A program made the position numbers and the translations under genes. A stretch of DNA of 64,000 bases from Vitrella brassicaformis CCMP3155 (Eukaryota; Protista; Chromerida). The stretch covers positions 124,001 to 188,000 of the forward strand of contig CDMY01000989.1 of NCBI GenBank assembly GCA_001179505.1. Reading direction: 5' to 3'. Below, piece after piece: positions 51,557-63,226 of the stretch. The notes below the pieces were generated by a model. That model was not told where the DNA came from. It made no database searches and saw only the letters and a program-made list of their open reading frames with translations. Positions within the stretch are counted from its first letter, which is position 1. Every line of letters starts with the position of its first letter.

Positions 51557-52420
51557 TCATTCGTATCGCACCCTCTTGGCCGGATGAGCTGACCACAACG
51601 TGTCACAACAGAACACCACACACCCGCCATACAGACACACTCACTCAGAAGCTGTCTGTGTTGACTGACAGGTGTGGTGTGCTGTGCACCTGTGGAGAAC
51701 TCCGGTTTGAGACGATAGTACTGCTTCTTGTCCCCAGGCTGCCTGAGAGCCGATACATGTACACACCACATCCATCTGTCACTGCTCATCAATCACCCTC
51801 TGTCTGGCTGGCTTACTTGTCATTGTCGGCGATCAGCTCCACCACACTCTTCAGGTGCGTCTGCCACACACAAACACAAACACACAAACAAACAAACAAA
51901 CACACACACACGCACACACGCATGACGCGCCGCGCCGTACCTCACACCGCCCCACAGACAGACACAGCCACACAAGCGCAGCGTACGTGTGGCTGGTTGG
52001 TGCGGCCGACGAGGTCCTTGATATTCCACGCATCCTGCGACTCGAACAGGCGGAACAACACATCCTTCAACTTGTCGGGGTCCATCGGCGGGTCACGCTG
52101 CTTGGCTGCCGAACACGACACATGGATAGAAGAAACCTCATGTGGTGTGGTGTGCGAGTGCGGGTGTGTGGGTTGCTGCGTGGCGTACGCACATGGAGGT
52201 TTCCTGGAGGCCTGCTGTGCGACTGCAGCCCTGGCGGGGGCGGGGCGGCCCTCATCCGAACTGTCGTCGTCTGCACACACACACATAGAAGGGCAGGGCG
52301 GGTGGCCAAGTAGGTGAGAGCAATCGACAGATGGGTGCATTTCGCGGCCGTACCGTCGCCTCCAGGGCCTCCTGCCCTGATGGCCACATCCGGCTTGTAG
52401 TAGCTGAACAACTGACCGTT

Positions 52421-52451
<31 letters not shown>

Positions 52452-53423
52452 ACATACACACATACACAGGGGGCATCAAGTGTGTGTGTGTGTTCGAATC
52501 AGTCATTCCCCGACTGACCCTGGGTTGGTGGACACCCGACGTCCGCTCATTGGGGTTGGTCTCGATGGTCTGCACGCGACGCTCTGATGCACACATCACA
52601 TCCACACACAGACACACCGACACACAGACACACCGACACATCGAGACAGGCACACGTGTGTGTGAGTCGGTGTGTGCATGGGCCTACTGACCAGGTTGTG
52701 CCAGCTGTACCCTCTTTTTCAGTTTCTGGCAGACACAGATACACACACAGGGCTCACAAGTGATGCCATCCGTCCGACCTGACCTCCCCTGTGTGTCTGG
52801 ACCTACCTGTTGTGCGGCGAGGTCATCACTGAAGGGCACAAGGGTCGACGTGGTTTGCACCTCACCCTCCAGACTCATCACGGCCTCGCCACCCTACACA
52901 AATCAGTGCATTCCTCTACCTGTCTGTCTGTGCTCTTTGCTGTGCGGCTGGTGTTGCTGAGCGACCTGTGTGGCGATTCCCTTGACGTAGACGCCCTCGG
53001 TGGGTTTGCTCTGCACCTTGTACTGCCGTATCGACGACCCGTCCACCCCCATGCTGCTGCTGGCGGGCGTGTGCGGAAGCACCAGACGCTCCTGCCAGCA
53101 GCAACGCGCACACAACACACACATACACAACACACGATGATGTGTATTGCCGGTTGTGTGGATGTTTGTGTGTGTGTCAATCGCACCATTTTCCGTTCCC
53201 TGACAATGTGTCCGAGGATCTCTGAGGGCTGCGCCTGGTTCCACCGATCTGCCACAGCCTTGGGCACCTGCAGGCAACACAGATCTCATCAGATCAGCGT
53301 CAGCTCATGGTTGCGTGGCGTGGGTTTGTGTGTCAGGTGAGTGACCTTGAGCAGCCTGACAGGCAGTGGGTGGACCTGCACCTGCACGGGCGGATTCAGC
53401 CCGTTGCTGGCGCTCTCTGACAT
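51557..53423 (-). CDS. GTF2F2: Transcription initiation factor TFIIF beta subunit (RAP30/Tfg2-like)
   Basis: N-terminal VRLLK/VPKAVADRWNQAQPSEILGHI. Central SLEGEVQTTSTLVP. C-terminal winged helix PMDPDKLKDVLFRLFESQDAWNIKDLVGRTNQPH/THLKSVVELIA..YYRLKPEF. Confidence 0.8.
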
Positions 53424-53694
53424 CCCTGGCGACGAAGAGGAAGGGCCGTTCCCAGGGGAAGAGATTCGTCCAAGCTCGCAGATCGGCGAGGGGGGAGATT
53501 TTTTGAATGCTGAGCGCATCCACCTCATCCGTATGTCCAGTACCAACCAGGATGAATGAATATCGCCATGGTGAATTGTCTTTCACGCAATGGACGGGTG
53601 GATGGATGAACGGACGAATCAGATCTGATTCAATGCACAATGCGTCACGTGCAGACAACTCTCATCTCTCCTGCAGTGATAAGGTCACATCTCA

Positions 53695-53721
<27 letters not shown>

Positions 53722-53725
<4 letters not shown>

Positions 53726-53861
53726 GTGTTGTGTTGTCTCTTGTAGTCGATGAATGCCTCAAGGTTGTCGGCCACCTCCTCCACACGACACACACTCGAC
53801 TCGTCAAATGCCACTGACCTGCCCCGCACCTGCACGCATCAATGGCCATGCAGATCTGCTG

Positions 53862-53895
<34 letters not shown>

Positions 53896-56800
53896 ACCGC
53901 TCTCTTGAGTGGCCCCTTGAGTTTGCCGAGGGTCTTGAGTGCATCCGCGTCACGGAGCAGATCGTTGCTGTCATCCTCTGACCACACGCACACACACGCA
54001 CCGATGCATGGCGATTCGTGTGTGTGGATGCCCCAGCACACTGACCAGCAAAGACGTCGAAGAGCGCATCGAGGAGTTCAACGAGGACGAGTGTGGGCGT
54101 CTTGCTGTCGGCCGCACACTCCAACACAATCCACAGAAACCGCTGAATAAACGAACCAGTGGCCGACACACAGAGATGAATCTCCTTGGCGTGTGTATCC
54201 GTCTGCTATCCATGCCTGTCTGAGTGCCCTGTTGGGGTGGGTGACGTTGGCCGCGTTGAGCAGAACGTTGACCACACCAAAACACGCAGACCCCTACACA
54301 ACACAACACAGACGCACACAGAGAGAGATACCCACACAGACAGCTAAATATTGCGTGAGACGAGACTGCCACACCAACCAAACCAGCTGACCTGCACTTG
54401 AGCGTTCTTCCACATGGAGCTGACGTCTTCGCTGCTGCCGTCATGGGACCGCTCTCTCGCCCTCGACACGAACGGCTCGCGCGGCGATATGAACCACTCG
54501 AACAAACGGTCCAGCAACTGACGCAACTCATCGGCTTCGTGGGCGTCCATCTGGGGCTGCTGTGGCTGTGGCTGGGCTTGTGTCGTCGGCAGGAGGGAGG
54601 TGGCCTTCTTGGCTGCGCGCATCGTCAGCTGATAGTGTGGATGACATTGACACACACATGGCACTCACATGGTGGCTGCAGGTTTGTGTTGTTCCATGGG
54701 TACGTGTGTGGCGGCTTCCATGAGAGCGATGATGGCCATCTGCCCACACGGCGGCACTCGCACCCCCTCTGCCGTCTCGTCGGCCGCACTACTGCTGCAC
54801 ACACACACACACACGCACGCACACATACGATATCGACACACACATGGACGGTGTGTGTGCGGATTCACCTGGCCGGCTGTGCCTCTGTGTCCGTCATGTC
54901 TGTCTGGTTGTCTGCGGCATCAGCAGGGGGAGCGCTGAAGTGGTGCGGTGCGGTGAGGTGGATGAAGCGCATGGCACCCGACAGACACCGGAGGGGCACA
55001 TCCACAAACCACGACAGTGAAGGGCCGGTGGTCCCTGCACCAATCAGTGCCCCACACACACACACATCCATGTGAATGGCGGACAACGCGGCGGGCTGTT
55101 ACCCACCTCTGTCTGATGCCGTGAGGGCAGCGGTGAGTTGCAGTGCGGTAGCGAGGGTCTCCAAACACACAGACAGCTCCTCCCACCAATCCCTGCACAT
55201 GAGGCATCCATCCATCCATCCATCAGCCATTGAGTGCATTCCGGTAGATCTATACGTGTGCTGCGTGCAGATGGCCCGCAGCCAGGGGGCATCCAGAGAG
55301 TCGCACCACCGCACACACGAACCACACAGCTGACGACATGACACACACAGACACATGAAGCGTGTAACAGTATCTGTGTGCTGTTGGCCGACCTCCGTGA
55401 CGACGTGTTGGTCCGACTCGATGAACTGCGCCATCTGCTGCGACAGGTCTGTGCTGTCGTTGCCTCCCTCCATCGACACGTCGCCGTCATGCTCACCCTC
55501 AGTCGGCTGGGCGTCTCCTGACATTCGCACAGAGAGAGAGAGAGAGATACGCCACCAGTTGTGTCTGCTGTCTGTTTCTGTGTGCGGATGTTGCCCCCCT
55601 CCCTCACGGCTCACCAGAGATGTTGACGAGTATCTCGAGCGCCGTCTTGACTGCCTGCGCCTGCACTGCCCACTTGCCGCACTCCTACACACCATATCAT
55701 CGCAGACAGCCAGTGGTTTCCCCCTCTCTCTCCGTGTGTCTCTCTGTGTGAGTATACCGTTTCCACTTCCTTGGTCCTTCCCTCCCTGGTGCCGTCCTGC
55801 ATCTTCTCCCCTTTGCGCAACACCAACCCCTCACCCTCACCACCACCACCACCACCAACCGCACCACCACCCACAGCTGCCTTATCTCCTTTGCTGCCCT
55901 TGTCAGCAGGGGCTGCCGTGGCAGCACTCAGCAGGGGCTGCAGCAACACAAAGGGGTCGACAGACAGGGAACCAAACAGCAGCTGCATCGTGGTGTTGCT
56001 GAGGGCATGGGCGCCTGAGAGATTGTATAGGGCACCTGCAGACAGACAGGGAGATGTGTGTGTGGAATGTCTGAATGAACCAAGGACATCTCTACCTGTC
56101 AGCTGCACAGCGTGCAACATGCTTGTGTCGGGCGTGGTCTGCTGCTGCTGCTGCAGCCGCACGATGCACTCCTCGATCGACCGAATGCCCTCACTGCCGA
56201 TGGCCGATGCCTAATCGACACATACACACACACACACACACACACAAGGGCATCCCTCAACCCTCCCTCCCCCCTGGCTGCACCAGACATGTCGACTCAC
56301 CGCCTGTGGGTTGTCGTCAGTGACCACCAGCAGCAGGCCGGCCGCGGAGCCCATCACGAGGGCCTCCACACAATAGGAACCATCACCTGCAATCGACTCA
56401 GGGGGGAAGGAAGGGAGGGGCGTGCTTATGTGTGAGTGGGTGCCTTGCTCAGCTCAGCACAGCTTACCAGTGGCCAGCTGTGTGACGTTCTTCAGCAGTT
56501 GCTGCCCGCCCTCAGCCGACGATATGCGGCTCGTCACCTCGGCGAACTGACGACTACAGCCAGCAATCAGCAACCGACATGGAGAGAGCCACATCTTGCG
56601 TGTCGTCAGGTGTGTGTGGTTACCACAGGTGTCTGAGTGTGTTGAGTATGTGGTCGATGGCCAGTGAGTGCGCCGCCATGGTGTCTGCCGCAACGACCAC
56701 CACGCCATCGTGCTTCACCTGACCCAAGCTCTGATGATCAACGGACGGAGAGAGAGTGAAAATGAATGGCATTTGTCTGCCTGATGTAGGGAACTCTCTC

Positions 56801-57396
56801 TGTGAATGGCAGTGCACCTCATTCATGGCGTCGATGAGGCTGTCAACGATGTTGAAGTGCTCCACCAGCTGGCGTGTCACCTTTTCTGGCGCCCATGACG
56901 TCACACCACGGATCACCTGCACACACACACACACACACTCACACACACAGGTATAACCACGGTTGCACTCCTGTCCGGTCCGCACCAAAATAACGCAACG
57001 CACCTGCAGGGCGCCGAGGCGCACTTGTGTGTTGTCCTTGAGGAGCGGGAAGAGCATGCCCAGTGCCGATGTGTGATTGAGGAAGTAGTGGGCGGCCGGC
57101 GATGGGTCCGAGAGGATGTTGCTGAGAGCGATGCACGACAGCTCTCGCGTCCGCCAGTCGGTGCTGTTCAGCTGATGGAACCACACAGACAGCCATTAAC
57201 AGCCATCCATCCACCTCTTGTGCTTGCTGTATGGCCTTGCCTTTGTGACGATGGTCTCGTCAAAACAGTCGTGCCCTTTGGTCATGATCTCCTGCATGGC
57301 ATGCTGCTCGGCCGCCTCCCGCAGGTCCTGACCCGTGACCATCGGCTGATGGGCTCCCTTGCCGGCACGACGACGCTGCCGCTGCTGCTTACCCAT
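53722..57396 (-). CDS. HEATR3: HEAT-repeat protein 3 / Syo1 (symportin; ribosomal protein L5/L11 import adaptor)
   Basis: Basic N-terminus MGKQQRQRRR, QLNSTDWRTRELSCIALSNI, AGALYNL, AQAVKTALEILVNIS followed by an acidic loop, ELLDALFDVFA, and C-terminal EEVADNLEAFIDYKR. Confidence 0.8.
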
Positions 57397-57415
57397 CAGA
57401 GATCTCGCTCTACTG

Positions 57416-60350
57416 ATGGATGAATCGGGCAGACGACTGGCAGACGCGGTGGACGAGAAGAAGAACTCCGTGAAACCGCTCGACGAGAAAAAGCTCGCAC
57501 AAAAAATGAATTCTCGGCGAGACGGGACGGAGACGATGCTTGTGGAGAACACGTGGAACGAAATAGGATCCGCCGCTCTCCAAATCCTCCATTCTCCGCG
57601 GCGAGGCTCTCCTCCTTCTCCCTCTGGCTGCCGATTATTTTCCTGGTTATCTCCATCTTCATATACGGCACTAGCGGACAGCACTTCCACGGCGGCTTCT
57701 GAGGCCGGCCACTCCCCCTGCAGCATCCAGCCCAAGAACACTCCCATCCCCGGCCCCATCCAAAATGTCCTGCCCTTCGACGGCAACACCGAAATCGAGG
57801 AGGAGGCCAGCGATCATGTGAAGCGAGGAAACCGAGGACGTTCACACTGCAAGGAGCCATCAGGTAACGATTCACACCGTCAAGAAATCAAGAGCCTCGG
57901 GATTGTTCACCGCTGCAGAGAGCGAGCCCACACAATTAAGCTGCTCATTCAGAGCTGCTCACTCGTCTTTATCGCGGTCTGAGAACAACTTGTCAGTCTG
58001 TGACGCTTTCGTTATTGGTTTATAGGCAGAGGAGCCGCAGAAGACAGAGGCGGCGCTGGCCGAAAATTGACAGCCCACACAACAAGAGCTGCTCATTCAG
58101 AGCTGCTCAATCGCTGCTCAATCGCCTGCGCAGAGACGTCGACAGGAGCCGACAGGGCCCTGCAGGAGAGGAGGAGACAGTCAATGGCGACGGCAACGCC
58201 ATTGGACATAGTTGGGTTGCTCACGGGGCAAGGGAGGGAGTCCAAGAAGCTGCGGGTGGCAAAGATCATCAACAAGACCCCCGCTGAGCTCAAGTAAGCA
58301 ATCCACGAGAGTTATCTGCATGTGTGCATTGCCAATAGCTGACAGATGATGTATGACGGCATGCATTATGCATGCAACTGTAGCTGTAAAGTACACGACG
58401 GGAGTCGCACCGCCTCATAGCCACCGACCTGCCGGCGGCCAAGGACATCGATAAGGGGGACTGCATAGTCATCAAAAACGTCCATGTCCGAGGCGACGGG
58501 TAGGATTCCATTGCATGCATGCACACATGTATGATGTGTATGTGTGTGCTCAGGCCTGGCAGGCACCTGCACGCCACCGCCGCTGAGCGGCAGCCCATGC
58601 TGCTCGCCGACCTGCGGGTCGGGCGGTCGGCGATGCAGGTCATTGAGGCCACGGTGACGTCAATGTGAGTGCCTGCAAGCACAGGATGGGATGCAGCGAG
58701 GGCTTGCGGCCGCCATTTCATTCCTTCTCTATCACCTGATGTGTCTCACTGTCCAGATCGCAGCTGGGCACCTGCAGCAACGGCAGCAGCATGTTTTTCT
58801 CTACACTAAGACAAGGGCAGGTGAGCACAGAAAGCGCTGATGACCATTCGATGTGTGTGTCGCATTCATGACTTGTGTGCTGATGTCAGGAGGAAATAAA
58901 AGGTGTGCGCCTTCGGGCAGGCCGCCACCGCACACTACAACAAGATGGCCAAGGACAAAGTAAGATGGCGACATTCACGGACACACAGGAGGCCTTGTAT
59001 TTCTTTATTGGTCTGTGTGCTGTTGACAGAAATACTGCCTAGCCGACTTCACCGTCAAACACAAAAACAAGTCAACACGATTATGGACAGAGACGTGGAC
59101 GCGCCATGCAACACACTGTCTGTTTCTCCTTCCTCAGGCAATACAACACGACAGGCCATCGCTACGAGATATACCTCGAGACCGACACCATCATACGAGA
59201 GTGTACGCATCCATCACATGATATGAAGCCCCCGTTGCACGCATACACACGGATGGAACTTCATGTTCGATGTCTCACTCTGCAGGTGCCCTCCCCCAGG
59301 CTGCCCCCGCCCCACCTGCTGCTCAAGCTGCCCCAGCCCCCGCTGCCGCTGGTGGTGCTGCTGCTGGCGCCCGACGACAGCGACAGATCCATGTAGGTTC
59401 AATCCTCAAATGCCTCTTTGCCGAAATGAGCGTCTTCTCCTTGCTCATTTCATCAGATGGTCGCCGTTGTGGCTGTCAATGGCGTTGCTGCCGCTCCCCC
59501 CGCCCTGCAGGGGCCAGGGTACGTCCTGGAGGACGTGACGGCCGCGATGGTGGCGCACATCAGCGACCTCCTGCGCCGCACTCCCATACGCACCGCCGCC
59601 ATGGCCACTGCCGCCACCTTAGGGCTCCCTCCTCAACACACCGGCGTGGTGCAGACAGGGCGATCGTTGCCTGCATTTTATATCGCGGTCGGTGTACGCA
59701 ACGAGCTCCGATGTTCTGAAACCGAATGCTGTAGGGGTAAGAAAGGACACGGACATAGATCCGTCGACTAATGAGTACTACATGTCCCACGGCACGATGA
59801 ACAATGCACTGTGATGCGTCGACTTGTGTGTGTCCGTACGTGTGTGCAGGGGATTTGGGGCGGCCTCGACCCACCCATGAGTAGCGGAATGCTGAGACAC
59901 GCATCATACTTTGCCACCCAGGCCTGCAAAAGGTGAGAGAAACACGTGACAACCATCAGCGCAGTCATTCATTGATGTATGTCGTGCCCACCAGTGAACT
60001 CACTCACCTTGGTGTGTGTCGATGCAGCGCACGCGTTTACGCAGCCGGGCAGAGGCGGTCTGAGGGTCATGCTGCTCTGCCGCGTGACGCTCGGCCGCCT
60101 ATTCGACGCACACGGGAATACCCGCAACGATGCGCCGGCGGCACCGCACGGCTTCGACAGCGTGCTGGCGAGGGAGGGGAGTACGGCCATCCGACTGCAC
60201 CACCACGAGGTGAGCTGAGCAGCACAGACACGGACACACGCAAGCAGGGATGTGATTGACGCGATGTCCCTCTCTCTGTGTGTGCAGATGGCCGTCTACG
60301 ACGTAGCCCAGTCGTATGTAGAATACCTGCTGTATTATCGTGATGTATAG
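57416..60350 (+). CDS. RPA1-like OB-fold(s) plus PARP-like ADP-ribosyltransferase catalytic domain. Contains apparent 1-nt frameshifts (possible pseudogene or assembly errors); 5' end uncertain.
   Basis: OB: IEATVTSI/SQLGTCSNGSSMFFSTL..EEIK-VCAFGQAATAHYNKM..KYCLADFTVKHKNK..QYNTTGHRYEIYLETDTIIRE. ART: DPSTNEYYMSHGT, GGLDP..SYFATQACK, LRVMLLCRVTLG, GFDSV, HHE/MAVYDVAQSYVEYLLYY*. Confidence 0.7.
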
Positions 60351-60593
60351 ACGGGAGAATTCCTGTGAGACGGACGTGCCGTCGATGAGTAGAGGCGACT
60401 CATCTGCAGAGGACGTGAAGTGATACGACTGTCAACGTGGCTTAGTCGCATGTACGCGTGGATGAATTGGCCGGGGACACGTTCCGCTTCATTTGATTTT
60501 TCGATTCTCAACCATTTCCTGCAACGACATTTTCAACGACATGATTCGACTGATGCTGCCGCTCAAGACTGACATCAGTCCAGGTTCGGCAGA

Positions 60594-62448
60594 ATGCAGA
60601 CAGAGACGATAGGACAAATCATGTCTGTCTGCCTGTCTCCCACGCGCAGACGACACAGGGCGCACTCTTCTGGCCTCCTCGGCCTTCGAGATAGCTCGCG
60701 TCTCTGTATGCTGTATACCGTCTCTGCTACGATGGGCGGCGGCCTGGTCATCAAGGGGATCTTTCTGGGGAACAAGAAGGAGTTTTCTCAGGGGTGGCGC
60801 CAGCCATCCCTTTTTACGAAGAATTACCGTCTTTTCCGTCGGGTGTGGCAGACTTATACGAGGGGCATAGATGTGGATTTCTCCCAAGTCGGCCAGGACG
60901 GAAGCCCTCCATCATCGGATGGAGACGGTGGGGGTGGAGATGGTGGGGGTGGGGGTGGTGGGGGTGGAGGCGGGGGTCCTCCGGCCACAACCACAGCTGC
61001 CGCAGCTGCCGCAGCTCCCTCAGTTGGGACGTCCTTGCAGCCGGCACCTTCGGTCTTTTGGCAAATCTACTCAACAAAACATCGATAGACCGAGCCTATA
61101 GCGTAGGCAGTGCTCCTGACAAGAGGTGAGTGAGCGAATGAGGACAGATCAGCATAGCACTGAGCACAGCACTAGTAATGTGTCGTTCACTCTGTTGTCA
61201 GGAATGGAAACGAGCAGAAGTGTGAGGGTGATTCATACCGCACAACCCCTCATTGTGCATTCCTTCCAGCTGCTGTGCTGTTGAATTCTTCGCCAGCTGC
61301 TGCTGCCATCGTGCCGCCGTGCCTCCCAAAGGCAAGTTGCTGCACGAAGCTGATAAAATAGGTACAGAAGGACCACGAGGAGAAGCCAGATGAGAAGCCG
61401 ACCCGCAGCGATGATGCACCGCATGGCTTTGTGGGATTCCTACGGTTTAGCGAGATATTCGGCTATGTTCTGCACTTCAGCGCCTGCAACCACCGCACCA
61501 ACGAGCACGTCACGCTCCAGCTCGAGAGCGTCATCCCCCGTGTGTTGGACTACCCCGAGGTGACTGACGGCCAGACGCACACCAAGGGCCCCCTTTATTT
61601 TTTGTGGGTATTCATCGACATCCTCACCATCATCTGGCGCGTCTGCCCGAAGTAAGACCTGCACAGATGCATGTTGTTTTTTTCCCAGGCCACCACAATG
61701 ACGGTGTGACACTGTATGTCCCTCAGGGAAAGGCCCCATTGCAAGCGCAGCTATTGATGCGGCACAGAGCAGTGGCATCATCCTCGTAGACGAGATCGAC
61801 AAGATCTGCAATAATCAGGTGCGTGTCGGTCAGCGTTTTCCAGGCGTGTCTCTCCACTTCATGGCCACTCATCTGTTGCGCAGGCCGGCCAGGCACTCCA
61901 GCATGCGCTGCTACCCCTGTTGGATGGCACAGACATCAAGACGAGCCTCGGTGAGGCGGAGGACGCATTGATTTGACATCTCATTTGTGTGTCCATTCAG
62001 GTACCGAGGTGGCGTCAGTGCTCAAAACACGGCAGAGGTTGCGGAGCGCCACTACCTCTACACGACCGGGAATGGTACAGAACCGCTCAATTTGATGCGA
62101 GGAACCCAATGATTATTCACAACAGGTTATTAATGGGTTTGTTTGACTGTGTGTGCACATTCACTGGAAAGTCCGTCCACTGGAGAGGCGGAGACTGATC
62201 GGAGAATTCTGTCAAATCAGTTGGTTGGCCTTTCTTGCGTGCAGTTCAGAAAGGCATCTGCGGATGGGAATTTGGTGGAGGCCTTCAAACAGTACAACAA
62301 GATGAAAGATGACTTCGTGAGTGAGGGAGGGCATAGGTGGCGGGCAATGGTGCGACAGGAGATGGCTCTCTTGCCTGTCTGTCTGTCTGTCTGTCTGCAG
62401 GCGGCCCTCGTCGCTCTAAGAGAGACTGAAGAGGCGGAGCATTGCTAG
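60594..62448 (+). CDS. Hypothetical chimeric multi-exon gene carrying an HslU/ClpY-like Walker-B fragment; 5' structure unresolved
   Basis: Exons 61727-61818 and 61884-61950 splice in frame to AAIDAAQSSGIILVDEIDKICNNQ/AGQALQHALLPLLDGTDIKTSLG, then to unrelated exons ending EEAEHC*. Whether the Gly-rich ORF 60594-61088 belongs to the same gene is uncertain. Confidence 0.5.
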
Positions 62449-63226
62449 TGACCTACTCTGTGTTGGTTCGTTCGTGCAGGGCACCAGCACACTGGCTGGC
62501 AGTGCTCCTGCAGAAGCACCGACATCATCACCAACAGCGCCAGCAGCCGACCAGCAGCAGGGTGAGCGCGTTATGTCAGCAAGTGTCTGTGCTCGAGAAA
62601 AGAGCAGGCAGAAGGAGACGAAAGATGAGTGTGTATGTGTCTCTCCGTGCGCCAGGAAGGGCTATCGCTGCCTGCTTTTTATATCGCGGTCGGTCTTATA
62701 TTGGTCTTCCATCGCTGCCTATGACCTGCTGAGCAGCTCAACTGAACGGAGAGGAAGGTCGATTACGTGAGACATCGCATGGATTCGCCGTCGATGCTAT
62801 ATGCCGGATCTATCTGTGAGTGCCGCGGTCGTTGTCTGATGGCGATCAGGGGCCTCATTACGCAAGTGTAAGTGACGTCTCTTTTGCTTCTTCATTGTTG
62901 GTGCACTGGATGGTTCTTTCTTTGCTGTAAGACGTGTGTAGGAGCGTGGCCGAGGCATGGGGTGTGTGGCAGTGCTTGAGTACTTGGACGCTCGCTATGT
63001 CTTGGTGCGCTAGCTGTGACCGAGGCTTCTTTCTTTCCCTGGTGTGGACTCTTTAATTGTGTGGAAAGGTGACAGACAGTGCGGATTGATTCGATTCGCA
63101 TCCATCGATCGATCTTTACATAAGAGGTCGGAGTCAACACAAGCCACAAGCGTGTCCGTCCACCCATCTTGGTTTCACAAGCCACACACATATCCACCCA
63201 CCCCACAACACTCGATGTGACGTCGA

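Noticed and set aside
8185-58525. Scattered TGCATGC(A) words resembling an ApiAP2-binding motif
   Set aside because: They occur in introns and CA/TG-rich tracts without positional bias to gene starts, as expected from composition.
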